In this document: in pieces, positions 24,691 through 36,580 of the stretch
Position numbering within the stretch: position 1 is the stretch's first letter
How the letters are laid out: each line of letters starts with the position of its first letter
From: Octopus bimaculoides
Lineage: Eukaryota
Direction of reading: 5' to 3'
Length of the DNA: 48,915 nt
Assembly (NCBI RefSeq): GCF_001194135.2
Contig: NC_068991.1
Coordinates: 72,326,374-72,375,288, forward strand
The notes under the pieces: generated by a model
Database searches by the model: none
The model's input: only the letters and a program-made list of their open reading frames with translations
Told to the model about the DNA's origin: nothing
Program-made: the position numbers and the translations under genes

Positions 24691-25149
24691 ATGGATTAGT
24701 ACATTTTTTTTATTGTTTCTGAAACGATGAAAAGAAATGTCGATCTTTGTGGGATTTGAACTCTAAACATAGGTCATTATTACAAAAGCTGCATGGCATT
24801 TTATCTGATGCTCCAATGACTCTGTCTATTTACCACTTATTAGTCTTTAGTAACTTTGAATAAATTAGAAGGACATCTCATGTAATGGAGGTGGATTTCA
24901 GTATTTAAAACTGCTACATTTAAGATTATTGCCTATGGCCAAGTACTTTGGGTGTTTAGTTTATAATCATTAGTTTGTGGGTTCATTTCCTAGGACAGGA
25001 ACAGTGTGTTGTGTCTTTGACTAAGGCACTTCATTTCATGCCGTTCCATCTAGCTCACTCAACTGAAAATGAGTACCGGTGATAGCTGGGGGTTCAGATC
25101 TGCAACAGACTGGTGCTGGCACCACTTTAGCATAGAATCTACCTAGCCA

Positions 25150-25268
25150 TTTACACTTGAGTGTGCTGTGCCTCCACTTCTACACCTGAGTATGAAGTCT
25201 ACCTCCACTTTTACACTTGAGTGTGCTGTCTCCCTATGCATCTACACTTCAGTATGCAGTCTACGTCC
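25150..25268. repeat. ~30-bp minisatellite, ABAB higher-order dimer
   Basis: A = TTTACACTTGAGTGTGCTGT... at 25150 and 25210; B = TCTACACYTSAGTATGMAGTCTAC... at 25179 and 25241. Confidence 0.85.
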
Positions 25269-25735
25269 TTTAAAAGAACTTTATACTGCAGGATAATAAA
25301 AACAAGTTGGATAATGTGGAATAATGATTTATTGTGGAATAATGTGAAATAATGATTTTTTATTAATGATATACAAAACCGATGCAAACAATTTGCATTT
25401 AAATAGTTTTAGATCCATAGACTATGGATACTTCTGTAGACCCCACTCTAAAGTAACTCCCTGGTGCTCGACTTAGGGAAGGGAAGCTTGTTGTACTCTC
25501 AGGTAACCAAAATAAGAGTCTGAACTAATGATTCTGTCAGCTCAACACAGACTTTAACTCAAGCATCTTTTAGGTCAGGTTTTACCGCAGTAAAAGAAAC
25601 AGAAACAACAGCATGTGTTTAATGACAAAACAACAGTCCTAACAGATCGATACCGTGGTGCTTCCATACTTTTACTTCATCAATCTGTCACTGAGACACA
25701 AAATAGACACAAACACACACACACACACATAGATA

Positions 25736-25927
25736 TGAAGGATTACTGAAAAGTTCCTGGCTTTAAGGGTATTGCAAAAGACCTGGATGGAGGCCCAACA
25801 TTCCGAGTTTTTTTTACAGGGTTTAGAAAAATTGAAGGGCTGTTGCAATAAGTGTGTGAATCTGAGGGGGGAATATGTCATAATTAACTGATCCTTCTTT
25901 GTCTTCTTTTACCCAAAGCTAGGAACT
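25736..25927 (+). mobile_element. mariner-derived MITE (third copy)
   Basis: TIR-like ends AAAAGTTCCTGGCTTT / AAAGCTAGGAACTT; keeps codons GLEKLKGCCNKCVNLRGEYV. Confidence 0.75.
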
Positions 25928-26087
25928 TCTATTCTTTTATTCTTTTATATGTTTCAGCCTTGAAGCAACGGCCATGCTGGGGCACCACCATTATATATAT
26001 GACAGGCTTCTATCCTATCAGGTGATGCTATTAAGTTAGACATGGCCTGGACTAATCTTTGGTTGAAACATATCTAAGTTATCTAAG

Positions 26088-26133
<46 letters not shown>

Positions 26134-26436
26134 TTTNNNNNNNNNNNNNNNNNNNNNNNNNNNNNNNNNNNNNNNNNNNNNNNNNNNNNNNNNNNNNNNN
26201 NNNNNNNNNNNNNNNNNNNNNNNNNNNNNNNNNNNNNNNNNNNNNNNNNNNNNNNNNNNNNNNNNNNNNNNNNNNNNNNNNNNNNNNNNNNNNNNNNNNN
26301 NNNNNNNNNNNNNNNNNNNNNNNNNNNNNNNNNNNNNNNNNNNNNNNNNNNNNNNNNNNNNNNNNNNNNNNNNNNNNNNNNNNNNNNNNNNNNNNNNNNN
26401 NNNNNNNNNNNNNNNNNNNNNNNNNNNNNNNNNNNN

Positions 26437-26492
<56 letters not shown>

Positions 26493-26494
26493 GT

Positions 26495-26658
26495 ATGATG
26501 GTCTCCTTTCAATTTCTATCTACCAAATCTACTCACAAGGGCTTGGTTGGTCTGAGGCTAAAGTAGAAGATGCTTGCACAAGGTGTTATGCAGTGGGACT
26601 GAATCTGGAACCATGTGGTTGGTAAGCAAGCTATTTACCACACAGCCACTCCTGCACT
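26495..26658 (-). mobile_element. SINE-A head half
   Basis: Matches the SINE-A head. Confidence 0.8.
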
Positions 26659-27550
26659 TATATACCTATATATATATATAGCAAATTCTCAGAAATGGCT
26701 TTGGTTGTGTTTCTATGTCCATGACCGAGATATTTAATATTCCATAATTCTCTCCACCCATTTTACCTCATTGAGAAAAAGGAACTTGCATATAAAATGT
26801 AAGTCTAATAACTGTACAAAGACATTTTGATTGGCTACAGTTCGTTTATTACTCTTCAAGGGTGTATATGGCAGCTGGGTGTTACAGTACTAGATATTGG
26901 AGTCTGACTCAGAGGTCATGCATTCAAACCATATTAATTAGCATTTCACTGTTCTCTTGAGCAAGTCACATTTCTTAGTTTGGTCAAGCTAAATAAATTA
27001 ATAGTACGAGATGAACCAATGAAACTACTGAATCATCCAGGATGTAAAAGGATGGAAGAAATTTGAAGCAGCTGCTGTTCTTTCTTAACTAATAATAACA
27101 GCAAAAGAGAGAGAGAGAGAGAGAGAGGTTCTTTATTATCAAATGGCATGGAGAATACATTATTTATTGATTTATGAAATATACTATTGAAAGCAGAAGA
27201 CCTATTACAGCCGAAGTAGAAAGAGTGAAGTCTATGATTCATTATGATGTGACTTTGCGAGAACGATTGAGAAGATGTGAGATAAGAAAGCAAGTGTTAT
27301 TTTCAGGGCATTTTATTTTCTGGATATGCTGTGAGGTGACAGAATTCATTTGTATGTTTGACTTGTGCTTGCAATCAATGAGTTATGACATGTTTAATAT
27401 CAGCTAACATGCTGTGGTCTTGTCGTAGATGGACTCTGGATTAGTGAGTGCTGAGCAGAATAAAACATTTTCTGTTGAAGAACTAAAGTTTCAATAGATA
27501 TAACAAAAAAAGGGGGGGGGAATTTTCTTGAAAGATGATCAAATGTATAG

Positions 27551-28262
27551 TTGCAGGTGAGGCTGTGTTGTACGAAGCTTGCTTCCCAACCACATGGTTC
27601 TGGGTTTAGCAACACTGCATGTCACCTTGGACAAGTATCTTCTATAGCCTTGGGTCAACCAAAGTTTGTTAATGGATTTGGTAGATGGAAACTGAAAGAA
27701 GCCTGTTTTATGTGTGTGTGTGTGTGTGTGTGTGTATGATGGTGATATGATGGCGAGCTAGCAGCAACGTTAGCATGCCGGGCGAAATGCTTAGCGGTAT
27801 TTTGTCTCATTTTCCCCCAAGGTCGACTTTGTCTTTTATCCTTTTGGGTTCAATAAATTAAGTACCAGTTGCGTACTGGGGTTGATCTAATCGACTGCCC
27901 TCCACTCCCTAAAATTTCATGTTTGTGCCTAGAATAAAAAAGGATATATATCTACATCTATATCATCATCATCATCATCATCATTCAATGTCTGCTTTTC
28001 ATGCTGGCACGAGTATATACATGCGTGTGTCTTTTTTTATTTGTGTCGTGTTTATTCCTCACCACTGCCTGACAACTGGTGTTGGTTTAGTTATGTTCCC
28101 ATGACTTAGCAGTTTGACAAGAGTGACTGATAAAACAAGTACCTGACTTTAAAAAAAAAAAATGTTAGTTGTGGGGTCAATTTGTTCGACTAAACCCTTG
28201 AAGGTGGTGCTCCAGCATGGCCACAGTCCAATAACTGAAACAAGCAAAAGATCAAAGATAAA
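27551..28262 (+). mobile_element. SINE-A split by nested insertions
   Basis: Head at 27551-27735 and 3' half at 28020-28262, with SINE-B and a family C fragment in the internal microsatellite. Confidence 0.75.
27750..27943 (+). mobile_element. SINE-B (nested)
   Basis: Head, central domain and tail present; internal deletion of the B-box region. Confidence 0.82.
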
Positions 28263-29209
28263 AGGCAGGATAGACAGAAGAAGAAAAAAGGAAAAAAGAA
28301 CAAGACAGTTTATCAATTTAAGCTGCTATTAAAAATTGAACATTAAAATGGCGAAAGATGATAATTTGAGGTATTAGCATTTTAAGTGTGTTTAGTAACG
28401 AAGACTTTTAAGTATTTTGTTTCCAATGATATTTTTGGGAAAAAAAAATCAATTTATATTTTGATTATTAATTCAAGAATTTGATATTGGTCTTGTAACT
28501 GTTTACTTAAAATAGCATCTATCCAATTTGTGTTTAATGAAAAATTAAAATTTAAGATTAGTGTTTTTTTTTAAAGTTCTATTTCATGTTTATTTTTCAA
28601 TTTAACTAAGGATTAATATGAGTAGGAAGCAAAAAAAACAAAAAAAAAATCATCTCATTGAAACTTCTCCAAGACTGGTTTTATTGTTAAATTTGTGATT
28701 CAACTAGAAATGGTACCACCACAATGATGTGGTTCTATGTAGTTTATTTTGTCATAATAAAAGGTGTTTGACAAAAGTGATCCATTGGTTAGGGTGTTAG
28801 GCTTGTGACCACAAGGTCAAAGATTCAGTTCTTGGACTGGCTAGTTCACTGTGTCCTTGAGCAGGACACTTCATTACATGTTGCTCCAGTCTACACAGCT
28901 GAAATGAATACCAGTTGGCTACTGGGGTGGCTCTCCCTCCCTCTGGCCTTTATATCTTGTGTGAACTGCTGAGTCAGGGGTAGGAGAGCTGAGAAAGTAT
29001 CTATATTTGCTCATGACTACAGAAGCACTTAAAATAATGATTGCTGTACCTGAGTAACAATGACTTACCTGGCTATTAATGCTTTATCCAGGTATCAATA
29101 CTTTAATTAAACAAAAATGAGGAAAGAGAACTAACTCAGAGTGGCCAGTGGCGTTTATTTAAACAATGTAGACAAATACAGGTATATCAAATACCATAGA
29201 ACATTAATT

Positions 29210-29470
29210 GTGGGAGTATGTGGCTTAGTGGTTAGGTTGTTGGGCTCACGATCATAAGATTGTGGTTTCAATTCCTGGACCGTGTGGCGTGTTGTGTTCT
29301 TGAGCAAAACACTTCATTTCACGTTGGTCCAATCCACTCAGCTGGCAAAAATGAGTAATCCTGTGATGGACCGGCGTCCCGTCCAGGTAAGGAATATGTA
29401 TGCCATTGAAGCCGGGAAACTGGCTCTTATGAGTCAGTACGATTCAAAAAGCTAACTTTACCTTTACCTA
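29210..29470 (+). mobile_element. tRNA-derived SINE (SINE-F) with TSD
   Basis: A-box TGGCTTAGTGGTTAG, B-box GGTTTCAATTCC, (CTTTAC)n tail, flanks TAGAACATTAATT / TACAACATTAATT. Older relatives near 24960, 28790, 43090 and 43550. Confidence 0.85.
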
Positions 29471-29699
29471 TACAACATTAATTCTTGATTTACCAAAATT
29501 ATCTCCATCTCTAGAGGGTGCATCATGATTACCATTTGGCAATTGAGACCAGCTCCATGAGAAAAAGGGAACTAATCTCAAGAATCAAGAATCAAGAATT
29601 CTCCAAAGGTGACATGCCATCCATGTTTCAATGCATTATGCAAATATTAAAGACATTATTTACATTTGGCGGATATTTGTCTTCATCTTGTTTGTTGTT

Positions 29700-29745
29700 A
29701 ACACAATGTTTCGGCTGATATACCCTCCAGCCTTCATCAGGTGTC
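29700..29745 (-). ncRNA. minimal type I hammerhead ribozyme motif (core intact)
   Basis: GACAC-CUGAUGA-A-GGCUG(gagggUAUAU)CAGCC-GAA-ACAU-U-GUGUU. Confidence 0.65.
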
Positions 29746-29885
29746 GTGGAGAAATTTCAAACCTGGGTTCTCATTCCTAAGGTATAATAAGGTATAATAA
29801 TAATAATAACAATAATAATAATAATAACAACAACAACATCGAAAAATACCTTAGGAATGAGAACCCAGGTTTGAAATTTCCCCAA

Positions 29886-29931
29886 GACACATGATGAAGG
29901 CTGGAAGGTATATCAGCCAAAATGTTGTGTT
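29886..29931 (+). ncRNA. degenerate copy of the hammerhead motif
   Basis: GACAC-AUGAUGA-A-GGCUG...CAGCC-AAA-AUGU-U-GUGUU, with core mutations C3A and G12A. Confidence 0.5.
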
Positions 29932-30148
29932 AACAACAAACAAGATGAGGACGATGACAACGACGACCACCACTGCTGCCATTTACCATTATCATCTCTT
30001 ATTTTTCCTTTCTTTCTTTGTTCCTTTCTTTCTTTCTTCCTCCCTCCATTTGCCCCTCTCTCTCTCTGAGTTACTTCCCTTTGCGTAATGCAAAAGGTAA
30101 GTAAGTAGTAGGTAGGAATGTACTATTGTATTAATATACAGATATTAA

Positions 30149-30186
<38 letters not shown>

Positions 30187-30289
30187 AAGACATTCGTTAG
30201 TAAAGCTGATAAAATCTCTAAGCTGACATTAAAAAATGTTGGTTTAAATATACCAACATACATATGCATTTATCTATTGTATGTCTACA

Positions 30290-30301
30290 TTAATATATAT
30301 A

Positions 30302-30364
<63 letters not shown>

Positions 30365-30607
30365 GNNNNNNNNNNNNNNNNNNNNNNNNNNNNNNNNNNN
30401 NNNNNNNNNNNNNNNNNNNNNNNNNNNNNNNNNNNNNNNNNNNNNNNNNNNNNNNNNNNNNNNNNNNNNNNNNNNNNNNNNNNNNNNNNNNNNNNNNNNN
30501 NNNNNNNNNNNNNNNNNNNNNNNNNNNNNNNNNNNNNNNNNNNNNNNNNNNNNNNNNNNNNNNNNNNNNNNNNNNNNNNNNNNNNNNNNNNNNNNNNNNN
30601 NNNNNNN

Positions 30608-30689
<82 letters not shown>

Positions 30690-30850
30690 GTATATATTAT
30701 ACATATGTATAAATACATATACACATATATACATTATATATATACACACATACATTGTGTATGTCTATATCTATATACACACATACATGCATACATACAT
30801 ACATGCATGCATGCATACATACATACATACATACATAGATATATATCATT
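30290..30850. repeat. (TA)n/(TACA)n microsatellite spanning a 242-N gap
   Basis: Directly visible. Confidence 0.95.
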
Positions 30851-31426
30851 TGTGAATTTGAACATATTTAAATGGATTGAATTGTATGGATTCGCATTAC
30901 TTTCAAAATACATATTTTGATTAAAAGCAGAAAGAATACAAGAAGAAAAAAAAAACACGTTAACAATTACGTATTCTTCAGAGATTAATATTTCTTGCAG
31001 TCGTTTGAGTTTATCAGATAATTCACTTCATCTTCCTCGTTTCTATATTTATATTACATTTTGTTCACAATATGCTTTGCATCTTCAAAACCTATTGGAA
31101 AGCATATGTAAGAATATGGAATCAGAAAACTGTGAAGACGTTGACCTAAGCCTAACAGGCATGGCTGTGTGGTTAACAAGTTTGTTTCGCAGTTTTCTGC
31201 TTTTGGGTTCAGTCGCACAGCACGGCACATTTGAGTATAGGCTGACCAATGTCTTGTGTGTGGATTTAGTGAATATAAACTGTAAGAAGCTTGTTGTATT
31301 TATAGTTTTTTTTTTAAGTAGGTGTTGTGGTTTTATTAGTTTGGATCAACTTAAATAAACTACTGTTCTCTATGTTTGTATTGAGTACTACTTTTCTGGA
31401 TTGTTACCTAACAATAGTACATATAT

Positions 31427-31466
<40 letters not shown>

Positions 31467-31495
31467 AAGCAATGTAAACAATATATATATATGCC

Positions 31496-31550
<55 letters not shown>

Positions 31551-31584
31551 GTACATATATATACACGTATGTGTGTATGTGTGT

Positions 31585-31740
31585 GTATGGGCACAGGTGT
31601 GGCTGTGTAGTAAAAAGTTTACTTCATAACACAGGAAGTCCCACACTGTGACACTTTGAGAAAGTGTCTTCTATAACCCTGGGCCAGCTAAAAGCTTGTG
31701 AGTGGATTTAGTAGACAGAAACTGAAAGAAGCTCATTGTA
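31585..31740 (+). mobile_element. SINE-A head half
   Basis: Matches the SINE-A head. Confidence 0.72.
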
Positions 31741-32475
31741 TATATATATATATATAAATATATACACACACACATATATATATTGATTATATATATATAT
31801 ATATAATTTTTTTTTTCTTATAATAATTATTATAATGTTATTAAGGAATGTATTTCTAAGTATTATTATAAATATTTTCACCTTAGTCATTTTATTAACA
31901 CCGACAAAAGGTTACAGTTGTTGATCCACGAGAAACAGAAATTGTTTCCGCGTTTAACCTTTATCTGTTGAATGACAAATGTACTTGTCATTTCGTATAA
32001 TGCCGTTGAAGGATTCTCCTACTATGAAAGATTTGATTCACATAAACTTTCAATATTAATGTATCTTGGAATTTTCTTCTTATCTATAATTTAAAGTGCC
32101 TACTTGCTTTGCTTTTTAAGTTCTATTTATTTTATGCATAATAAGACGGAATGAAATGACAGAAGTTCGCCAAATATTTAATGCTGTACCAATTGTTTTT
32201 CCATTTTCCGTGAAGACCTTCTTAACTGCTAACCACTTATGTAGGAAGTAAGTGTTATCCCATTGATGACCTGCTATCAGCCAGGTAGACTGAAGCTATC
32301 AAAGTTATATATGTTGCCTTGAAGCATGGCACAATGTCTAGTGTAAAAATTTGAATGACCTTTCAATAGTAGAAGTCTCTTTTAATCTTAGTGTCTTAAA
32401 TTCATAAAAAAAAAAAAAAAAAAAAAATATATTCTCTTATGTCTGTCCCAATTTCTCTCATTTGCTTTTGTGTTA

Positions 32476-32740
32476 AATCATCATCATCATCGTTGTTGTC
32501 ATCATCATCATCATTATCATCATCACCACAATCGTTTTTGTCATTGTTGTCATCGTGATCACCACCATTGTCATAATCATCATCATCATCATCATCATCG
32601 TTGATGTCATTGTCATCATCACCACCATCCTCACCATTGTCATCATCATCATCATCATCATCATAATCATCACCATCATCATTGTTGTCATTGTCATCAT
32701 CGTCATCACCACCATCCTCACCATTGCCATCCTCATCATT

Positions 32741-32775
<35 letters not shown>

Positions 32776-32885
32776 TGTCACCATTTTGACACCTTTCCCA
32801 TGTTTGCATGGGTCAGACGAGAGCACACCGAGTCAAAGTTTTCTATGGCTGGCTGTCTTTTTCCTCTTGCTAACCCTCACTTGTC
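32476..32885 (-). mobile_element. diverged family C fragment with expanded (GAT)n-derived tail
   Basis: CCATGTTTGCATGGGTCAGACG follows ~300 bp of CAT/CGT/CAC triplets. Confidence 0.7.
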
Positions 32886-33724
32886 TTTAATCTCTCAGTC
32901 TACCAATAATCTGTCTTACAACAATGAGCCTTGACATGGTTATATGGACACACTGAGAGCATCGTGTGGTCATATAACTTGTCCTGAAGCATTTAAAATT
33001 TTGCCAGATGACAGATTTACTCAAAAACATACATGACAATAAAATCATAGATTTTATTGTGAGCAAGTAAATCATAATTTTTGCAACTGAATGTTTCAGC
33101 TGAAGAAATTTATACAATTCTAGGGCTGAGGTACAACAACAACAACAACAAAGAGACACAGCCTGACTTTATTCTCTGTTTCGGATTTTTATTACATAGA
33201 TCAAAGGGATTATTTTGTTTCCTTTTATAACCTTTTGTGCTAACCAATATTACATTTATGCATTTTTGAAGAAGAAGCATCAATAGAGTTATCATCAATA
33301 GAGTTATCATATCCAGTGATCACACTCCTACCTTCATCTTTTGTTATTTCTCGTCATATTACATTCTAATCATTGACTTGCACATTTCTATTCTATTTCA
33401 TCTTCCTATCAATACGTATAGCAAAGCAGTTGAACTACATTGAGACTATGTGTGACAATCATAATAGACTAATATTTTCAGTTTAGTGTCTTCATCTTCA
33501 TTCTTACTGTCACAACACTTTTTGGCTGTTGTAATCTGGCCTTCTTCAAGCGTCTGTCCCTTTCGGTAATGTTTGAATTTGGAACTAAATTCTTTATTAA
33601 ACCCATAGAGGTAGATTGTTCTCATTCCGTTCTTTATATCAAGGGCATTTTCCTTCTTAGTTTTTCTTCTACTTGTGATTCTATTTGCCTGTTCTGTTTA
33701 AACCTGAGTATATACATATACATA

Positions 33725-33780
33725 CAGTAATCCCTTGACTATTGCAGGTGTTGCATTCCAACCCCCCCCCCCATGATAAA
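33725..33780 (+). mobile_element. pogo/Tigger-like TIR fragment
   Basis: TA|CAGTAATCCCTTGACTATTGCAGG start; no matching second TIR found. Confidence 0.4.
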
Positions 33781-34547
33781 ACAGCAATGGCAGTAATGAT
33801 AACAACAACAGTGATGATGATAATGATGATGATGATGATGATGATGATGACCTAGTTAATTTAGATTAACTGGGTCAGTCAAACGAGAACGGACAACCCC
33901 TGTGAATTTAATGTAGAGTTTAATTCACATCTCTGAGAAGATTAGTGAATATGAAAAGTACCTGACGAAGGCCAGGGTATGCAATGACTGAAACATCGCT
34001 GTCATTAAATCCCAGGTCAGCCTTGATTGAGCTGATGCATAGCATTCTTGTCATGACCATCCAACCATTTTGTAATAGTTAAGACTATTTTCACTAATAT
34101 GTCTTTCCCTTTCTAAGGCAGTAGAATGTGATATGAGGGAATTTGTGTGCTTTTTCTTCTTTTTCTTTCTAGAAAGTCATGTGACTTCATAGGAGCTGTG
34201 TGGTAAAAAAGTTTGCTTCCCATCCATATGGTTCTGGGTTCACTTCTACTGTGTTTACTACCTCTACCTGTTCACTGCCTCCACACACTACCTCCACCCA
34301 TTTACTCCTCCTCCTCACATCCCTATGAAAGCATCCACACATGCCCTCATCACCTCCTGTGACCCACTGTTTGTATCTTCGCTTATGTTCGCCTTCTTGC
34401 TCCTTAAGAATTTCCCTCTAGCACACCCACACTACCTTCTTATCTCCTCCAGCCATGTGTCCCCTCTATAGCAAATCACCTGTGCTTTCAGTATGTGACA
34501 CAAAGCCACCCACCTCCATCTTCCCCTCCCAAATACTTCCGCTTAGT

Positions 34548-34981
34548 TTACTCTTTACTCTTTTTACTCTTTTACTTGTTTCAGTCATTTGACTGTGGCC
34601 ATGCTGGAGCACCGCCTTTAGCCGAGCGAATTGACCCCCAGGACTTATTCTTTGTAAGCCTAGTACTTATTCTATCGGTCTCTTTTGCCGAACCACTAAG
34701 TTACGGGGACGTAAACACACACACCAGCATCGGTTGTCAAGCGATGTTGGAGGGACAAACACAGACACACAAACACACACATATATATACATATATATAC
34801 ATATACATATACATATATACGACGGGCTTCTTTCAGTTTCCGTCTACCAAATCCACTCACAAGGATTTGGTCGGCCCGAGGCTATAGTAGAAGACACTTG
34901 CCCAAGGTGCCACACAGTGGGAATGAACCTGGAACCATGTGGTTGGTAAGCAAGCTACTTACCACACAGCCACTCCTGCAC
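34548..34981 (-). mobile_element. SINE-A, full length, CpG-retaining
   Basis: Near-consensus, with (CTCTTTTA)n tail. Confidence 0.93.
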
Positions 34982-35150
34982 CTTATTGTGGAAACTTTTT
35001 TCCTTTTCTTTTTCCTCTGTTCTTTTATGTCCTGCAAGTTTCACAGCAACCTCACTAGTGCTGGTGGCACAAGAAAAGGCACCCAATAACACTCTATAAA
35101 GTGTTTGGCATCAGGAAGGGCATCAGGAAGGACAATCTGTTTGTCTAAAC

Positions 35151-35461
35151 CAGGGGTTCTCAACCATTTTTTACTTATGGACCCCTTTGATTACTATTTT
35201 ATTCTGGTGGACCCCCCCATAGCCATTCGCTGTTTAAAACATAATTTTATAGAATATTCTTTCAGAATTCCTATTTTGTTTTTCACACATCAACTTGTGT
35301 TGGGTGAACTCAAAGGAACCCAAAGCAAAATTTTTTCAGGAGCCCTTAAAATACTGTTGTGGATTCCCTATTTTCTATTTTATTGTGTAGACCCCCCCCC
35401 CCAAAAAAAAAATCATGTATGGACCCTCAGGGGCTATATGGACCCTGGTTGAGAACCACTG
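35151..35461. mobile_element. hAT-like MITE with 8-bp TSD
   Basis: TIRs CAGGGGTTCTCAACC / GGTTGAGAACCACTG match at 14/15; TSD GTCTAAAC / GTCTAAGC. A partial relative lies near 46380-46436. Confidence 0.88.
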
Positions 35462-36027
35462 GTCTAAGCCCTTCAAGGTGATGCCCCATTACGGTTGCAG
35501 TCCAATGACTGAAACTGGTAAAGATAAAAAACATCCTAATTTTTACTTGCAGAAAATTAAAACAGCCTTCATATATAAAATCTATTATGCAATTTTAGCC
35601 ATTAAATTATATTAATAAAACAAGATCCACATTCATTTTGGCCAACAATGTTTCAAACACTTATTTTAAGAAGATTAGTCGTACAATAATGGTTTATCTG
35701 ACTGGATGGCATAATTGACAAACGGTCGGTTGGTTTACTATTCTGCAGAAGCTAATTTAGATTCATATCTCTACACTTCGCTAAACCATTACTGAAACAG
35801 ATATTAGATTCTATATGAATCTGCATGTTACACACACTTTCATGTTGCTGATGTACTTTAATAAGAGTACTGCCAGTGAAAAAGTTTCTATGTTGTCACA
35901 TGGATCTGCTAGAAATAGCAGTGGATGTTCCTCAGATCGCAACTTGATGTTTTAGAAAAGTAAGTGCACAGACATTGGATAATGTGTTTCTAAATATTTA
36001 ATCTACTTCTAAAAATGTATGGTTATG

Positions 36028-36200
36028 TAATAGGCCCAGACATGGTTGTGTGGTCAAGAAGTTTGCTTCCCAATCGTGTGGTTTTGGTTTCGGTCCCACT
36101 TTGTGGTACCTTGGGCAAGTGTCTTCAGCTATAGCTCTTAGCCAACCAAAGCCTCGTGTGTGTGAATTTGGTATATGGAAAACTGAGAGAAACCCGTTTT
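36028..36200 (+). mobile_element. SINE-A head half
   Basis: Matches the SINE-A head; runs into (TG)n and a gap. Confidence 0.78.
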
Positions 36201-36260
36201 ATGTGTGTGTATGTGTGTGTGTGTGTGTGTGTGTGNNNNNNNNNNACCCGTTTTATGTGT

Positions 36261-36333
<73 letters not shown>

Positions 36334-36402
36334 TCCTTGTCTTGACATTTCATGATGGTTTTAAATGATTGTCACTGTCATACAAGCAGTGTCATTCATT
36401 TC

Positions 36403-36580
36403 CATACATACATACATACATACATACACATACATACATACATACACATACACATACACACATACATACATACATACATACACATACACACATACATACA
36501 TGCATACATGCATACATGCATACATACATACATACATACATACATACATACATTCATACATATGTATATATGTATTTCTC
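36403..36580. repeat. (TACA)n microsatellite
   Basis: Directly visible. Confidence 0.96.

Larger units (their letters stand above)
29679..29952. mobile_element. inverted pair of Penelope-like pLTR fragments around an (AAT)n/(AAC)n spacer
   Basis: 107-bp arms at 29679-29785 and 29846-29952, 8 mismatches, no indels. Each arm contains a hammerhead-like motif. Confidence 0.7.

Noticed and set aside
27174-27445. 77-aa ORF MKYTIESRRP... and a 15-nt AG|ATGGACTCTGGATTA|GTGAGT microexon candidate
   Set aside because: No recognisable homology; length and splice signals are within chance expectation.
32240-32253. CTAAC...TAG|GAA|GTAAGT 3-nt microexon-like motif
   Set aside because: Cannot be distinguished from chance without junction reads.
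32402-32809. 135-aa Asp-rich ORF resembling acidic biomineralisation proteins
   Set aside because: It is the expanded (GAT)n tail of a family C fragment, open in several frames, with no signal peptide or splice support.
34255-34540. C-rich block possibly from the - strand of an RTE-like LINE
   Set aside because: Only vague motif resemblance with many stops; not enough to call.
11065-34949. Recurrent ORFs such as ...RLPNPLTRLWSARGYSRRHLPKVP... and ...SVYQIHSQGFGRPEAIVEDTCPRC... (e.g. 11115, 12031, 22789, 34495)
   Set aside because: They are antisense translations of SINE-A copies, not a gene family.
36190-36300. Direct duplication ACCCGTTTTATGTGTG... on both sides of a 10-N gap (similarly at 47810-47860 and 8900-8950)
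   Set aside because: Most likely unmerged contig overlaps, i.e. an assembly artefact.
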